A DNA stretch of 63,999 bases, counting the filler, from Dimargaris cristalligena (taxonomy: Eukaryota): assembly GCA_003614675.1 (NCBI GenBank). It is 7 parts of 7 records of this genome, joined end to end, with 100 filler letters (N's around TTAATTAATTAA, not from the genome) between each part and the next. Parts side by side here need not be neighbours in the genome. Positions count along the whole stretch, not along the records: positions 18,596 to 27,783 come from ML003281.1; positions 27,884 to 37,057 come from ML003282.1; 5 more parts are not named here. One strand, written 5' to 3'. The position numbers and the translations under genes are program-made. Shown in pieces: positions 25,015 through 37,157 of this stretch. Numbering within the stretch: the first letter of the stretch is position 1; every line of letters starts with the position of its first letter. The notes below the pieces were generated by a model. The model ran no database searches. It saw only the letters and a program-made list of their open reading frames with translations, and had not been told where the DNA came from.

Positions 25015-25693
25015 AATCGTCGACTTACCTTGTTTCATTTTATTTTGACCGATGGTCTTTGAAGATAGAGTGACAGGAGTAGTGCAGGAAAGGAACATCA
25101 ATAGGGAGTACACTCCCGTAATATAATGAGGTCGAACGGCTTAGCGTTTTGAAGGGTTCTTTGGCTACCTTGGAATGATCCCCTTCGCTTGGCCTATGAT
25201 TGCATTACCAATAAAGCTCTACAGTTTTCAATTATTTAATGATGGTATCATGCGTAAATCCCTCGTTGGTTTCTCAAAGGGGGGTAGGACAAGGGTCTTC
25301 CGCATCCATTCTGGAGCTCTATGTAATCACGGCAGTACCTTTTTAGTCATACATGGGGCGTAGCCTTATTGAATAATGGTGGAACGTAATGGGGGGAGCC
25401 GCTGTTCAGTCGGCCGATTGGGAAACAGAAACAAGAGCGAACTGTCCAATTATGGATATAGTCACACCCAAAAAGGGGGCTGGCTGGCTCACACGAGTGT
25501 ACTGGCGATCGTAAGCTGAGGGGGAAAAGCACATCAAACGAGTAGTTTTGGGATATAATACGTGGGCTACGTTCCCCTCGGGGCTGCTGGTTTGTGTAAA
25601 GCTACTTATATTGATAGCACTTACCCGCCTTCCTGGACCACATACCCCTTTTAGCATACCCTTGAATACACACCACGTAAATTATTTTTGAAC

Positions 25694-26266
25694 ATGCGGT
25701 TGGCTTATCCTACCCTGTTTCTCTGGGTCTTTTTACTAGGTGAGTGGCCTACCTCGGCGCAAGACTGCCACGCCATTCTGGAACAAACCGATAACGACTA
25801 CTGTAGTGTCATTAAAAACACCATCACCGATCCCAGCGACCAAATTCGCCAGCGCCGTCGAGACGAATTCAAGAAACGAGTCTACAACTCGATCCTCGGG
25901 TTGGCCGGCTCTTACTACTCGCCCGCCCAAGAGGCCTTTTGCCAACGCTCCTTCGACTGGCTGGTGACCAAAGTAACCAGTTTCCGGCTGCAACGGTCGG
26001 ACCCGGCGTTGAAGCCGCTGGATCAAATCGAGCTCTATGATACTGCTACCGACTTTGTGCTGGTCATGCAGCGTCATGAGGGTTACCATGACATGGTGAT
26101 GACCGAGCTTTACGACAAAGCCCATCTAGAGAAGGAATTAGAGAATGATACGTTCTCTCAGGCCAACGGAGCTACCGGTGACGCAGTGCTGGGCCTACCA
26201 TTGTATACCAATAACCGACAGGACAAGACAGTGTATGATATTGTCCACTCATGCCATGAGAACTAG
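25694..26266 (+). CDS. Orphan secreted protein, 190 aa, 4 Cys
   Basis: ATG at 25694. Hydrophobic N-terminus MRLAYPTLFLWVFLLGEWPTSA, and codon usage like the neighbouring genes. No family recognised. Confidence 0.7.
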   Translation: MRLAYPTLFLWVFLLGEWPTSAQDCHAILEQTDNDYCSVIKNTITDPSDQIRQRRRDEFKKRVYNSILGLAGSYYSPAQEAFCQRSFDWLVTKVTSFRLQRSDPALKPLDQIELYDTATDFVLVMQRHEGYHDMVMTELYDKAHLEKELENDTFSQANGATGDAVLGLPLYTNNRQDKTVYDIVHSCHEN

Positions 26267-27359
26267 TATAACTGTAGAGGTGCCCTAATTAATGGGTTAT
26301 TTATTTATTTGGTATTTTGATAATTGGTGATATTCGATAGTAATGAATGATATTAAAGAACGATGGTGGCCCGAGCAGTAACCTTGTAGAAGGAAATGTA
26401 CATAGCTACCTTAAAGTGGCAACCACTGTGGACAAAATAGGGTTGATAAAACAGCACCAGAGGTTTAATGGCCAGATGCTTTATCTCGCCTAATACATAG
26501 GCGGGGGATGTGGTGTGTAGCGATGCCAGCGGAAAGGGGCTGGCGGCGCCTTGAGTGCACCAGCAAAACCGACTGATGGGGGTATACATTCCAGCCGACC
26601 CTGGCCCGCTTGGTTGGTGTTAAGCAGCCCCTTGTTGCAACGAACGCAAACAGAGCAGGTGTCGCCAACAAAAGTAAATCATTTAGGTGTGTTGAGCGGG
26701 CATCGCTTTGGGCTCGAAGTAGACTATGATCGTCCGGTTGACACTCCTGGGACATTCTTTCGTATCGTTGGGCTGACCAAGAAGAAGGGAATATAACTCA
26801 GGGCTTAGCTGTACCACGGTCATGTTGTTAAAGGAATAGTATTGTTGAAGCCAGTGCCCCCCATATGATCGTACGCAAACTAAATATCGATAGAGGTGAT
26901 CAATGTAATATTGTTGAATTTATGTTGCTTACCCGCTATGAACGGGTGACCTGTATTATTTTCCGGATATACCTGCTCCAGCTCCACTTTAGGCTCCGCA
27001 CTCCCCTGCTGGGCTGGCTCCGTATGCGACTTATTAGTTACTCGTGTTACTTATTTGTCTTTTTTATATGGTTTCCCTTTACTTTAAATCTCTATCCATT
27101 TGGCGAATCCTTATCTTTACCCTGCCGAAAGGTCCATTCGCCTTTATTGTAGGGCTGGTAGTGCAGCTCTTGCCTGCCTATTTTTTTATATAGCACAGCT
27201 ATTTTCTTGTTAGACATCCACAGCTATTAGCTTGTTCTCCCATCTGAAGACCCTGCTGCTCTTGAATCTCACCTCATTTCACACCTACACCCCCGCGCGG
27301 CCGTTTTCAACGCCGTTTACCCCATCAGCAGCACTACATTTCCTCCCATCCATTCCACC

Positions 27360-27783
27360 ATGACCCAAGGCACGCCGGCTAAGCCCGTGTCGGGTGCATA
27401 CAAGGACACCTCCGTCAACATCGCCACCGCGTTTGCCACTGCCGATTTCACGCGAGCCGATCTCCGACCTGTGCCCCCTCGCCCGGGTCCGAGTCCCCCC
27501 GAGGGCTCCACCGCCACGGCACCGAATGCCCCTAAAGTTTTCCAAAAAGTCTGGGCCACTCCCAAAACCCCCGCTGGGGTCATTTCGCGTTACGGTCCGG
27601 GCAAACGGCCAGGGCCCACGCCATCCCAAACCAAACACTCCGTAACTTTCGCAGCCGATACCCAGTTCGACGACAGTTTCGACCATTCCCAACTCGCGCC
27701 GCCCGCCGCTGAGCGAGACTGGCAGGCGGTTTGGCGGAATACCCCCAATTGGGTCCAACGCGTTCAGGAACGGAAAAAACTCG
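27360..27783 (+). CDS. Hypothetical Pro/Thr-rich protein, N-terminal fragment
   Basis: CACCATG start after a pyrimidine-rich leader. The frame stays open to the contig end. Confidence 0.5.
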
Positions 27784-27883
27784 NNNNNNNNNNNNNNNNN
27801 NNNNNNNNNNNNNNNNNNNNNNNNNNNTTAATTAATTAANNNNNNNNNNNNNNNNNNNNNNNNNNNNNNNNNNNNNNNNNNNN

Positions 27884-29384
27884 TAGTTGGGCATACTGCC
27901 TCCATTGTCGTTGACGGTCATGGCGCCGTCCCGCTGGTGGTTGGCCACCTTGGCGTTCTGGGGCACGTTGATGGGGATCTGGTTGAAGTTGGGGCCCAGG
28001 CGGTGGCGGTGGGTATCGGGGTAAGAGAACAGGCGGCCCTGGAGCATACGGTCGAAGGAGGCGTCAATGCCGGGCACCAGATTGCCGGGGGAGAAGGCAG
28101 CCTGCTCAACTTCGGCGAAGTAGTTCTCGGGGTTGCGGTTGAGAGTAAACTTGCCCACTTCCATCAGGGGGTACTCCTTTTGGGACCACACCTTGGTGAC
28201 GTCAAAGATGTCGTAGCGGAACTTCTTGGCCTGTTCGGGCTCCATGACCTGAATGTAGGCGGTCCAGCTGGGGAAGTTATTGTCAGCGATGGCATTGAAT
28301 AGGTCCTGGGTAGCATAGTCGGGGTTCTCACCCTCGAGCTGGGCGGCCCGCTGAGCGGCCAGGTTCTTGACCCCCTGGTTGGTGCGGAAGTGCCACTTGA
28401 AGTAGCGGAACTTGCCGTGGTTGTCGACCAGCTTGAAGGTGTGGCTGCTGTAGCCGTGCATGTGGCGGAAACCGTCGGGAGTACCCCGGTTGGAGAAGAG
28501 GATGGTGGCCTGGTGCAGAGACTCGGGGACCAGGCTGAAAAAGTCCCAAACCATGTCGAGATCCTTCAAGTGGGTCCGGGGGTTACGCTTCTGGGTGTGG
28601 ATGAAATCGGGGAACTTGATGGGGTCGCGCACGAAGAAAATGGGGGTGTTGTTACCGACCATGTCGTAGTTTCCCTCCTCGGTGTAGAACTTGAGGGCGA
28701 AACCACGGGGATCACGGGCGGTATCGGCCGAGCCGCTCTCGCCACCGACAGTGGAGAAGCGGGCGAACATGGGGGTACGCTTGCCCACGGTGCTGAGGAA
28801 TTTGGCGCGGGTGAGGTGGCTAATGTCCTTGGTCACTTCGAAGTAACCATGGGCACCGGCGCCCTTGGCGTGCACCACGCGCTCAGGGATACGCTCGCGG
28901 TCAAAATGCGACAGCTTATCAATCAGGGCGGTGTCGGAGATCATACTGTTGGGTATAGAGGGTATACATTATTATTATTATAGTTATATAGGGTCGAATT
29001 AGTATAGACCGGCATAGGGGAATATATCGATCGAAAGCCTCGGCTCACTGGGCCATATTGGGGCTAAATAAAAGGCACCGAAGCCAAAAGTGAATACTCT
29101 AGGGCCAGGCGGAGACCGAGGCGTTAGAGTTTTCTCCCGGCCAGTGGTAGTATGACGCAAAGTTTATGCTACTAACAGCCAGTGCTGCTGTAGGCGGGGG
29201 GAGGGCAGCAGTCACATATTGGCCGTGGCCAAAGTAAAGATCCCCCTAACAAGGTAAGTATATGCGTGTATTTGGTCGGTTTGGTAGAGAGAAGTACGTA
29301 CATGGGACCACGGGGACCAGCGGTCAAGCTGGTCTGGTTGTTGTCGACCGGGCAGCCGGTAGAGGTGGTGAGGATAGGACTCAT
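27884..29384 (-). CDS. Monofunctional small-subunit heme catalase, 3'-truncated; exons 29384-29302 and 28945-27884
   Basis: [17 protein letters not shown] active-site motif and [14 protein letters not shown] proximal heme ligand motif. 356-nt intron at 29301-28946. Confidence 0.95.
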
Positions 29385-30504
29385 GGTAACGCCTATGCTA
29401 ATACTAGGGTGAGGAAGAGGGCAAATAGGAGAAGGGGTGGCTGAATGACCGGACAGGACAAAGGTCAAAAAGAGATGTACTAGGTGCAGTAGGAATGAAG
29501 GAGAATGAAATAAGCCGAATAAACGAAAAGTAAGAAAGAAGAGCAGGGAGAGGGAACAGAACGAGAGGGAGTGTGAGTGAGTGGGCGTAGGGAGTGGTGG
29601 GCCGGAGGAGGGATGGTGTCGGGTGAAACCTGACTCGGCGAGGGAGGGAACAGTAGAGTAATGATATTAATGTGTAGTGTGAATAGTAGAGAAGAGAGTG
29701 GCATCAGTGACTATCACGGGCCACGAATAAGCATGGGGAGAGGTTGAAATTCACGGGCATCTTCAACTCCCCTATATAATATGCACACACACCCATTTTC
29801 ACGCTTAAATGAACGTGACAACAGCGTTGGAAGCGTGAAATCTCCTCCCTACTGCCTATGGGTGAGGAGCGTACCCAACAGTAAGTATGTTTACCCAACT
29901 TATATGGCCTGGTTCAGAGGGTGACTCTTACTATTATTATCATCATTATTGATTATTTGGGGTTTGCATTCAATGAACCATCCCACCCATAAAATACATG
30001 CCACGCTATTTTGCACTTGTGGCCAGCAAATTGACCAGAGAAAGCAATAACCGTGAACAAGCAAGTAATGAGTGAGACTCTTATATGGGTTTCGTTAAGC
30101 CGCAGCCCGGCCCACGTCCTATTGGCTCTGGCCGGTTTGTGGGCGATACCCCCGGGGATTCATGTGAAAATCATCTCCCCACCTATGCCTATGGACAACA
30201 GCTCCACCCGCCCCAATAAAATAAATGCGCATGATGTAAACACTGCACACCCAGGAACTGCCCGCTTCGTTACTCAAAAGGAGCAGTCGCAATTTAAGGG
30301 CATTGCAGCTCACTACACTGGCCTTCAAAGTTGGGGCTAGATTAATGGGCGATCCCCAGAGCGCCTAGCCAAATACTACCCCCCCCTCATTCATACCGTA
30401 CTATTGTAACCCTGTGGCACATGATGATCCGCTCCTATTTTATTGACATTAAAACCACAGTCCCTTCATATCGAGTACATGTATTATCGGTGTATACCAA
30501 AAGC

Positions 30505-33114
30505 CTAAAGCATCTTAAGTGGATTATACGACCGCGAATTGGGATCCATAGTCGGGTCCACCGCCGGTTCCGGGGGCGGTGCCACCAGCTGGGCCTCCCG
30601 CAGATGTTCCCACCGGGGCAGCATCTGGGGGAAGTGTTCCTTAATGCAGGCGTCCAACCGGGGCAGTTCGGCCTTGAGTCGCCCGAACGACGCCAAAAAT
30701 CTCAGCAACGTCGCCATGAATTTCGCATCCGGTGCTACCGTACGTTTCATTTCGACCATATCGATGAGCAGCACATCAATCGCATTAGTCAAGGCCCCTT
30801 GGCGGAAATACGCTTCGAGCAGGGACGTGAAGTTATTAGCGTTGAGTACGAGACCCTGTTCCGCGGCGCGTTGGAGCACCCCCGGGATATAGATCATGTA
30901 ACCCGTAAACCCACACGTGTCAATAGCAATCGAGACCGTGGCGTTGGTCACGGGCATGTCGTTGAGGCGCATCAGACTCCACATTTGGAACGCATCCAGG
31001 GGCTCCTCCACCAGATTGTAGGCGTCCATTAAAGCATTATATAACACGCTACTGGGCTCATTGTGCAGGTCCAGGTTGAATAGTCGGTGCATCAACCGGA
31101 TTCCTTTTACGTCACCCTCCAGGGCGTACCCCTTGATCATCGTGGTGTAGCTATAGAGGTTCGGGTACACGCGGACCCCAATCATTTCCTCAAACAGCGC
31201 CAACGCCCGGCCCATGTAGCCCACCTTGGTGAAGGCCCGGAGGGCCGTCGTGTACGTGTAAATGTTGGGCTGGAGACCGCCATCCACGAAAATTTGGAAC
31301 AGCTTCGCTGCTTCCTCAGCATCGCCGCTGTTGATGTAGGCACTCATCACAATATGGGCCGTATAATTATTCACCTCGATGCCCGCGTCGACCATGCGCT
31401 GGAACCAATGGATGACTTGGGCGTAGTGCTTCTCCCGTAAGTGACGGCCCATGACCTGGTTGACCATGTGGCGCATCGGGGCCTGGCCCGATTCCATCAT
31501 CTCCGTTAAGATAGCATCGGCTTCTTTTACTTGCCCACCCTGGCAGAGCCCGGAAATAACGATACTGTAAGTGTGCGGGGTGGGGAGCTGGAAGGCGGGG
31601 TATTGGTCGGGCTGGAGGGCCTTGGCGGCAAGTTCGTGGTAAATGCCCATGGCCGTCTTCAGGTCGCCCCGGGCAAAGGCGGCCTTCATTAGGTTATTGT
31701 TCACAAACACTCCCGGGACCACCCCACTGCTGCTAAGAGCCGCATACACCCGATCCACCTGGTCGAACCGGCGGCACTCGGTGAAGGCATTAATCACGAT
31801 TCCGTAAAGGTCCCCCGATACCTTGGCGGGATCCCGGCGTTGCAGTACGTCGAAAATGGCACCCACCTGGTCCGCGTCCCGGAGCTGGCCAAACGCCGCA
31901 ATGAAGGCCGATCCGACCTCATCACTGTAATTCGGAGACCGAGCCTGTAGGTCGGCGAATAATTGGTCTACGAAGGATCGATTGCGGGCACGGGCCGCCG
32001 CTTGAGCGAGGATGCCCATATATCCCGCGGATGGGGAGTATCCCTGGCCCGATAGGGTATAGTAGGTAGCCTGGAGCGCCTCTAGGTCCCGGCGATCGAG
32101 AGCAATATCGAGAATTTGGGCTATAGTATCGGGGGTCGGCTTTACGGACCAAGAATTGACCGCCTCCAGGAAAAAGTCGACGGCTCCTTGAAGATTACCT
32201 GCACTACGGTAGGCCCTAATGGTCTGGCCCACGTCATCGACGGAGACGGCCAGCCCATGGACAGCTACTGACTGGACCAGATGGTGGGCCTCGTCGGCCT
32301 CACCAATAGAGGCGTAGACCTTTAATATCGGCTGGTATATCTCGGCCTCGTGTCCTTCTATATCGGATTGCTTAATCGGGTGGGTGGATTTAGAGGCAGT
32401 CAGTGAAGACGCATCAGGGGCCATTGACCCATCTTCGGAACTGCTTAGACGAGGCTGGGCCCACGGCAAACCAGACTCCACGAGCCAATCCCGACACAGG
32501 CTGCGTATCCGGGCCCGTAGCGAAGGGCTGATCAAGTCGGTAACGAGTGGGGACGGGGGTTGCAGGACGGCATTGATTTTGCTAGCATCCTCGGTGGAGG
32601 CGGCCAGGTTGTTGTTGTTGTTGCTGGCGCCCTCTCCGTCCGCCTCCGGGGACGCTTCCTCCGGCAAATTCCGGGTAGACGCTTCGGAACCCGGCTGCTC
32701 CGACGGCTGGCCGGAGGGAACTAAGCTGAGCTGGCTTTGGGCCACCAAATTGAAATCGAGGGGAGCTAATTGCGACAGCAATTGGGCATTCCGGACCGAA
32801 ATGTAGGCCAGCCAGACATCCTGGCCGCTGCCTTCGGCCAAGGCAGCCCGGAGTCGATCGACAAGGGGGTCGTACGAAGAAGCAAACGACCGGGACTGCT
32901 GAACCAAGTAGGGGTGGAGGGAGAGGGGGGGAGACCAGGGAAGCGAACAGCCTGGCTTCCGGTACGGCGGGTGGATCCGAGAGGGGAGGAGGGGGGTTGA
33001 GGTCGTCGGGTATGAAGAAGGCTGGGTCAATAGTGATAGGACTCTCTTGGATTGGCGGGGCAATCCGAGCCGAGTCAAAGTAGGGGTGGCTGGTAGCCTA
33101 TGTAAATGCCACAT
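30505..33114 (-). CDS. Pentatricopeptide-repeat (PPR) protein, probably mitochondrial
   Basis: Tandem ~35-aa repeats such as TYSIVISGLCQGGQVKEADAILTEMMESGQAP and TYTTALRAFTKVGYMGRALALFEEMIGVRVYPN. Arg/Leu/Ser-rich presequence. Confidence 0.9.
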   Translation of the reverse strand: MWHLHRLPATPTLTRLGLPRQSKRVLSLLTQPSSYPTTSTPLLPSRIHPPYRKPGCSLPWSPPLSLHPYLVQQSRSFASSYDPLVDRLRAALAEGSGQDVWLAYISVRNAQLLSQLAPLDFNLVAQSQLSLVPSGQPSEQPGSEASTRNLPEEASPEADGEGASNNNNNLAASTEDASKINAVLQPPSPLVTDLISPSLRARIRSLCRDWLVESGLPWAQPRLSSSEDGSMAPDASSLTASKSTHPIKQSDIEGHEAEIYQPILKVYASIGEADEAHHLVQSVAVHGLAVSVDDVGQTIRAYRSAGNLQGAVDFFLEAVNSWSVKPTPDTIAQILDIALDRRDLEALQATYYTLSGQGYSPSAGYMGILAQAAARARNRSFVDQLFADLQARSPNYSDEVGSAFIAAFGQLRDADQVGAIFDVLQRRDPAKVSGDLYGIVINAFTECRRFDQVDRVYAALSSSGVVPGVFVNNNLMKAAFARGDLKTAMGIYHELAAKALQPDQYPAFQLPTPHTYSIVISGLCQGGQVKEADAILTEMMESGQAPMRHMVNQVMGRHLREKHYAQVIHWFQRMVDAGIEVNNYTAHIVMSAYINSGDAEEAAKLFQIFVDGGLQPNIYTYTTALRAFTKVGYMGRALALFEEMIGVRVYPNLYSYTTMIKGYALEGDVKGIRLMHRLFNLDLHNEPSSVLYNALMDAYNLVEEPLDAFQMWSLMRLNDMPVTNATVSIAIDTCGFTGYMIYIPGVLQRAAEQGLVLNANNFTSLLEAYFRQGALTNAIDVLLIDMVEMKRTVAPDAKFMATLLRFLASFGRLKAELPRLDACIKEHFPQMLPRWEHLREAQLVAPPPEPAVDPTMDPNSRSYNPLKML

Positions 33115-33796
33115 TGTTGGGGAGAATATATTCGGCGAAGCTTAAATAGAAGGCAGTGATGAGGAATTGGGTAATAAATTGGTGAATGCAGTGAAGTTGA
33201 TTGGGGTAAGAGGGAGAATCGCTTTGCTTGACTGGCGATCAGAGTAGGTAGGGAATGTGAGGGAAGAGTATAGCTTGTTTCATGCGGGCCCTGTGTCTAG
33301 ATATTGGAATACTCCGCCTTCTTGGACAGCCCTACAGTTAGCTCCCTCAATGGATAATTGCTACTCTGGCTTTTGTGGCATCCTGTAAGTTACGGCCTAT
33401 GTTGAGTGGGGCGAAGGATTCAATTCCCTTCTACCAAGAGATATAATAGCGTAGGACCACTTTAGATTCATGGGTGAAAAAATATAGCACCGCAATCATA
33501 ATTTCTGCAGTCCCTCCCGCTATATTCTCCCATCGCCCAGGGTTATCTGTAAAAACTGGCCAATTCTCAACCAAGGGGGCCAAAAGCTCTCGAGAACCAG
33601 GCTAGTGGGGGAACGGCGGCTTCTTTAGTCAGGGGAAAGTGACCGGAGTCCTATACTCATGTCCCTTTCACCCTCTTCCTCCTTCTCTCCAGTTTTTTTT
33701 TACCGTATTGAATTTTCTTTTGACTTGATTGCCGCTCATCCGGCCACTTTGGAATCCCGTTTCTCTCGAACCTCTCAAACACCCCTCCACACAGCC

Positions 33797-34211
33797 ATGG
33801 GTAACGTAAGTGACTTCTTCCAGCCGTCCGTACCAGCGAACTTCGACCGCCTCGCTGCACCTGCCCAGACCCTAAAAAAATTCTCTTTCTAAGGTCTACC
33901 CTTGCCATTCTCTGACCCCTTCTTTTTGTTATTTTACTATACATTCCCCGGTGGCCCTACTCAAAATCATACATACATGCGCACAGGGACAAAAAGCTGT
34001 TCACCGTCGTGAACGCAACGCCAAAGGTGGAAAAGCCCCCAACAGCCAGCTCAAGAAGAACGAGGCCGCCAAATCCATCATTTGTATGGTGTGTCGCCAG
34101 ACCTTTCTCCAGACCGCCAATGCGAGAGCCCTGGCCGAACATGCCGAGAACAAGCATGGTAAAACCCTGAAGGACTGTTTCCCCGAAATTGCCGCCGCCA
34201 CTACCGCATAG
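33797..34211 (+). CDS. Small ZNF706/At2g23090-like zinc-binding protein (77 aa); exons 33797-33805 and 33987-34211
   Basis: MGNGQKAVHRRERNAK...SQLKKNEAAKSIICMVCRQTF...LAEHAENKH...CFP. Confidence 0.85.
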
Positions 34212-34466
34212 AGTATTAGAACACCCTGCTCCGCTCGCGCACTCCATGTCCGGGAATGATTAACTTTTAAAGCACGGCCTGTCCCTCATACTAAGTTACT
34301 CGTCACTGTAACCACGTGAGCCCCGCGGCCGTATGTGTGAACCAACTTCATGCCACTACCACCGCATCTTTCAATTGTTAAATAAATGTAATTTTGGTTC
34401 ATTGGGTATACCGCTATAGTCGGTTGGGGGGACACTGATGTCAATAGTAGGTGCTTAATTTTTTTT

Positions 34467-36708
34467 TTAACTTTGAATCCGCCGGATATCCTCCTGGACT
34501 TGTCGCGTAGACTCCATAATCTGCCGGTACGCCTCGGCCAGTTTTTCATACTCGGGCCCGGCGTGCTGGTATTTGAGTAAGTGTTCACCCACGTCACTCA
34601 GTTTGCCCAGCAGCGCCTTTTCGCGTTCATCTAGACAGTGTCTACGTATAGAGGCAAACATGATATGGCATACGAAATACATCGATTTCTGAATGAGGCC
34701 TGTGGTTTAAACTCCAATGTCCAGGTTTGGTTGGTAATGTTGACCCAAGTAGTTGGCCGAAGTAAGCCCAACCTAGCGTAGATCAGGCTGGGAAATCCGG
34801 CACAGTCCTTCGGAAATCGTAGCCCGCAAATTTACGGGGATATCCCTTTCTACCTTAATGTGCCCAACGCGCTCATGGTATCGGGGCTGTACCAGAGGAT
34901 AAGTCCTTCGTAGCGCATAATTCTAATAGTACATTTAAGCAACCATAACAACCATTAGAGTGAGTCCCCAGAGATACTGTAATTACAGTGACCAATGTCA
35001 GTCCACCATTCCTTTCAGTGTGATTGGTTAGGCACTAAACGAGGTCAAAAATACACCCCGCTGGACTTACTTGAGTTTGAGACACATATTCTCAATTATA
35101 CAGTCAAAGTACTGCGTGAATGCATCAGCTACACCGGACTCGTGGTGAAACAGAAAGTCGACTGATGCAGTCCATAACTCACTCAGCACCGCTTGGGCAA
35201 TCTGCGATTGTATATATTGGGGAAGAAGGGTTAAATACAGAAGTATCAGGTAAGGACGGCCATAATTAGGGAAATAATAAACGTAATTTTTAAAAGCACA
35301 GAAGCCCCAGTACATACTGGCATGTAAAGTGGCATTCCCATTGTATAGCGTTCGTTGATGATAAATTACAGCTAATAGTAAAATAGCCAATACAAATCAT
35401 TCCTCGACAACGGAGTCCACTCTACAACTATGAAAGCGAAAACCCACCTCAAAGCATTCCGCGTAGTCGTCTAGTAGCTGTTTCTGGGCATTTTGCAATC
35501 GCTGTTGGTCATGCCGGTTCTGTTGGATCAGCAATTCGACGGTATCCTGGAAAGTAGAATCATCTTGTCGTGTAATATTGAATGTCGACGCCATGTCAGT
35601 GCATACATAATGGTATAGGATATAGTCAATTCTCAGGCAAACTCGTTCAATGAATAATACGGTGAGTAAGAGAGGTCTGAACAAATCAGAATAGCTGCTG
35701 GCTGGTTCATACAAGGGCTGCTTTTATAAAATAAAAGGGAGATTACATATATGGTCAATGTCTATACCTGGAACGGCTGCCCTTGAGGAACCAGGAATAC
35801 ACCGCTCGACAGTTTCCAAAATGACATTTAATTGCTTCTCGCATTCCTCGAATATAACCGGCCGTGTATTCTATAATTGCAATCAAAGGTGTAAATTTTT
35901 GTAATAGAGTACGATACAGGTAGTGAGGAATCGGAGGAAAGATCGCATCTAATTATGCAGCGGCCATTTCCAAAGAACGGCAATTAAGAGGGAGGGATAG
36001 TAGACAGATTCTACCGTCAGTCAAACACTTACCAAAGGTAGGACCAACGATTCCGGTGTAGCCGATTCTAGACCAAACGGGAGTTGGGAACAGTCCGACT
36101 CGGAAAGGATGCGGTGACAATAGGCCCGTTCACGATTGACAATAGTCTACGGAAACCCCCGGTAGTAGAAGCGATAGGAAGTTATTCATTTGTTAAAGTA
36201 TGGATCAAGCAGTCGGCTACGGTGGTATCTCTTACAATAAAGCACCGTTCTCGAATGGGGAGGGGGGGGTGAATGGGCTAAGTCTCGTGTAAACCACTTA
36301 CCAGAATGGTCCCGGGAAGCGAACCTTGAGCCACTTTTTGCTCAACAGTCTGACATATCGTCTCGTAGGCTAGCCGGACTTCAAGGCACTTGGTGCGGTT
36401 GGTCAACAGTTCCGCCTGTGGATCCAAATAGTATGGGCAGTACGAAGCCCAGAACAATGCCATGTATTAGAGGTGGTTATCAGTTCCATTTCCATTGAAT
36501 ACAGCCAAACCACCAAGCGGATGGTTTTTTTTTGGGGGGGGGGATTACTATTGATCGATATTAGGCTGGTGGTGTGTGGACGGAGACTTACTTCCAAAGG
36601 GTTGGGGGCTTCTGAAGGCGGTAGTAGTATGGTCTGTACCTCGGACCATAGCTTAGCGAAATGGGGAAACCGAGTGACCACTGCGAGGGGTAGGGGAGGT
36701 GAAACCAT
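34467..36708 (-). CDS. HAUS4: Augmin/HAUS complex subunit 4-like protein, about 8 exons
   Basis: The spliced C-terminus IIENMCLKLK|IMRYEGLILWYSPDTMSALGTLR|HCLDERE...KYQHAGPEYEKLAEAYRQIMESTRQVQEDIRRIQS and the N-terminal FPHFAKLW match the HAUS4 pattern as I recall it. Middle exons are approximate. Confidence 0.65.
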
Positions 36709-37157
36709 TAAACTCATTGGGGAAACGGTTCAATTCGAGACGAGGTAGAGAAATAAAATAACAATGGTCGGAAATTGAACAGTAGCAACGGCAGAACGGA
36801 ATGTAAAGCCTGGTTCGCCTATCCCAGCTAAACAAAAAACATTTTGTGAAAGTTTCCTGTTCTAGTCGTCGAGCGTTGATGCCGCCACAAGCGAGCGGCT
36901 GGTTGTTTCGTTCTAGCCATTTAAGTTTGTACTAAACTCATTCATTCATTCATTCATTCGTTTTTAAAAAACTCATTATGTTAATAGAGGGGAAAGAAAA
37001 ATTTTTCCGTAAAAATATTACTTTCCCCGAAGTAGAAAGGAAAAATTTCCATGCGAANNNNNNNNNNNNNNNNNNNNNNNNNNNNNNNNNNNNNNNNNNN
37101 NTTAATTAATTAANNNNNNNNNNNNNNNNNNNNNNNNNNNNNNNNNNNNNNNNNNNN

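Noticed and set aside
29037..29122. GCCTCGG/CCGAGGC stem in the catalase intron
   Set aside because: A single 7-bp stem is within chance expectation.
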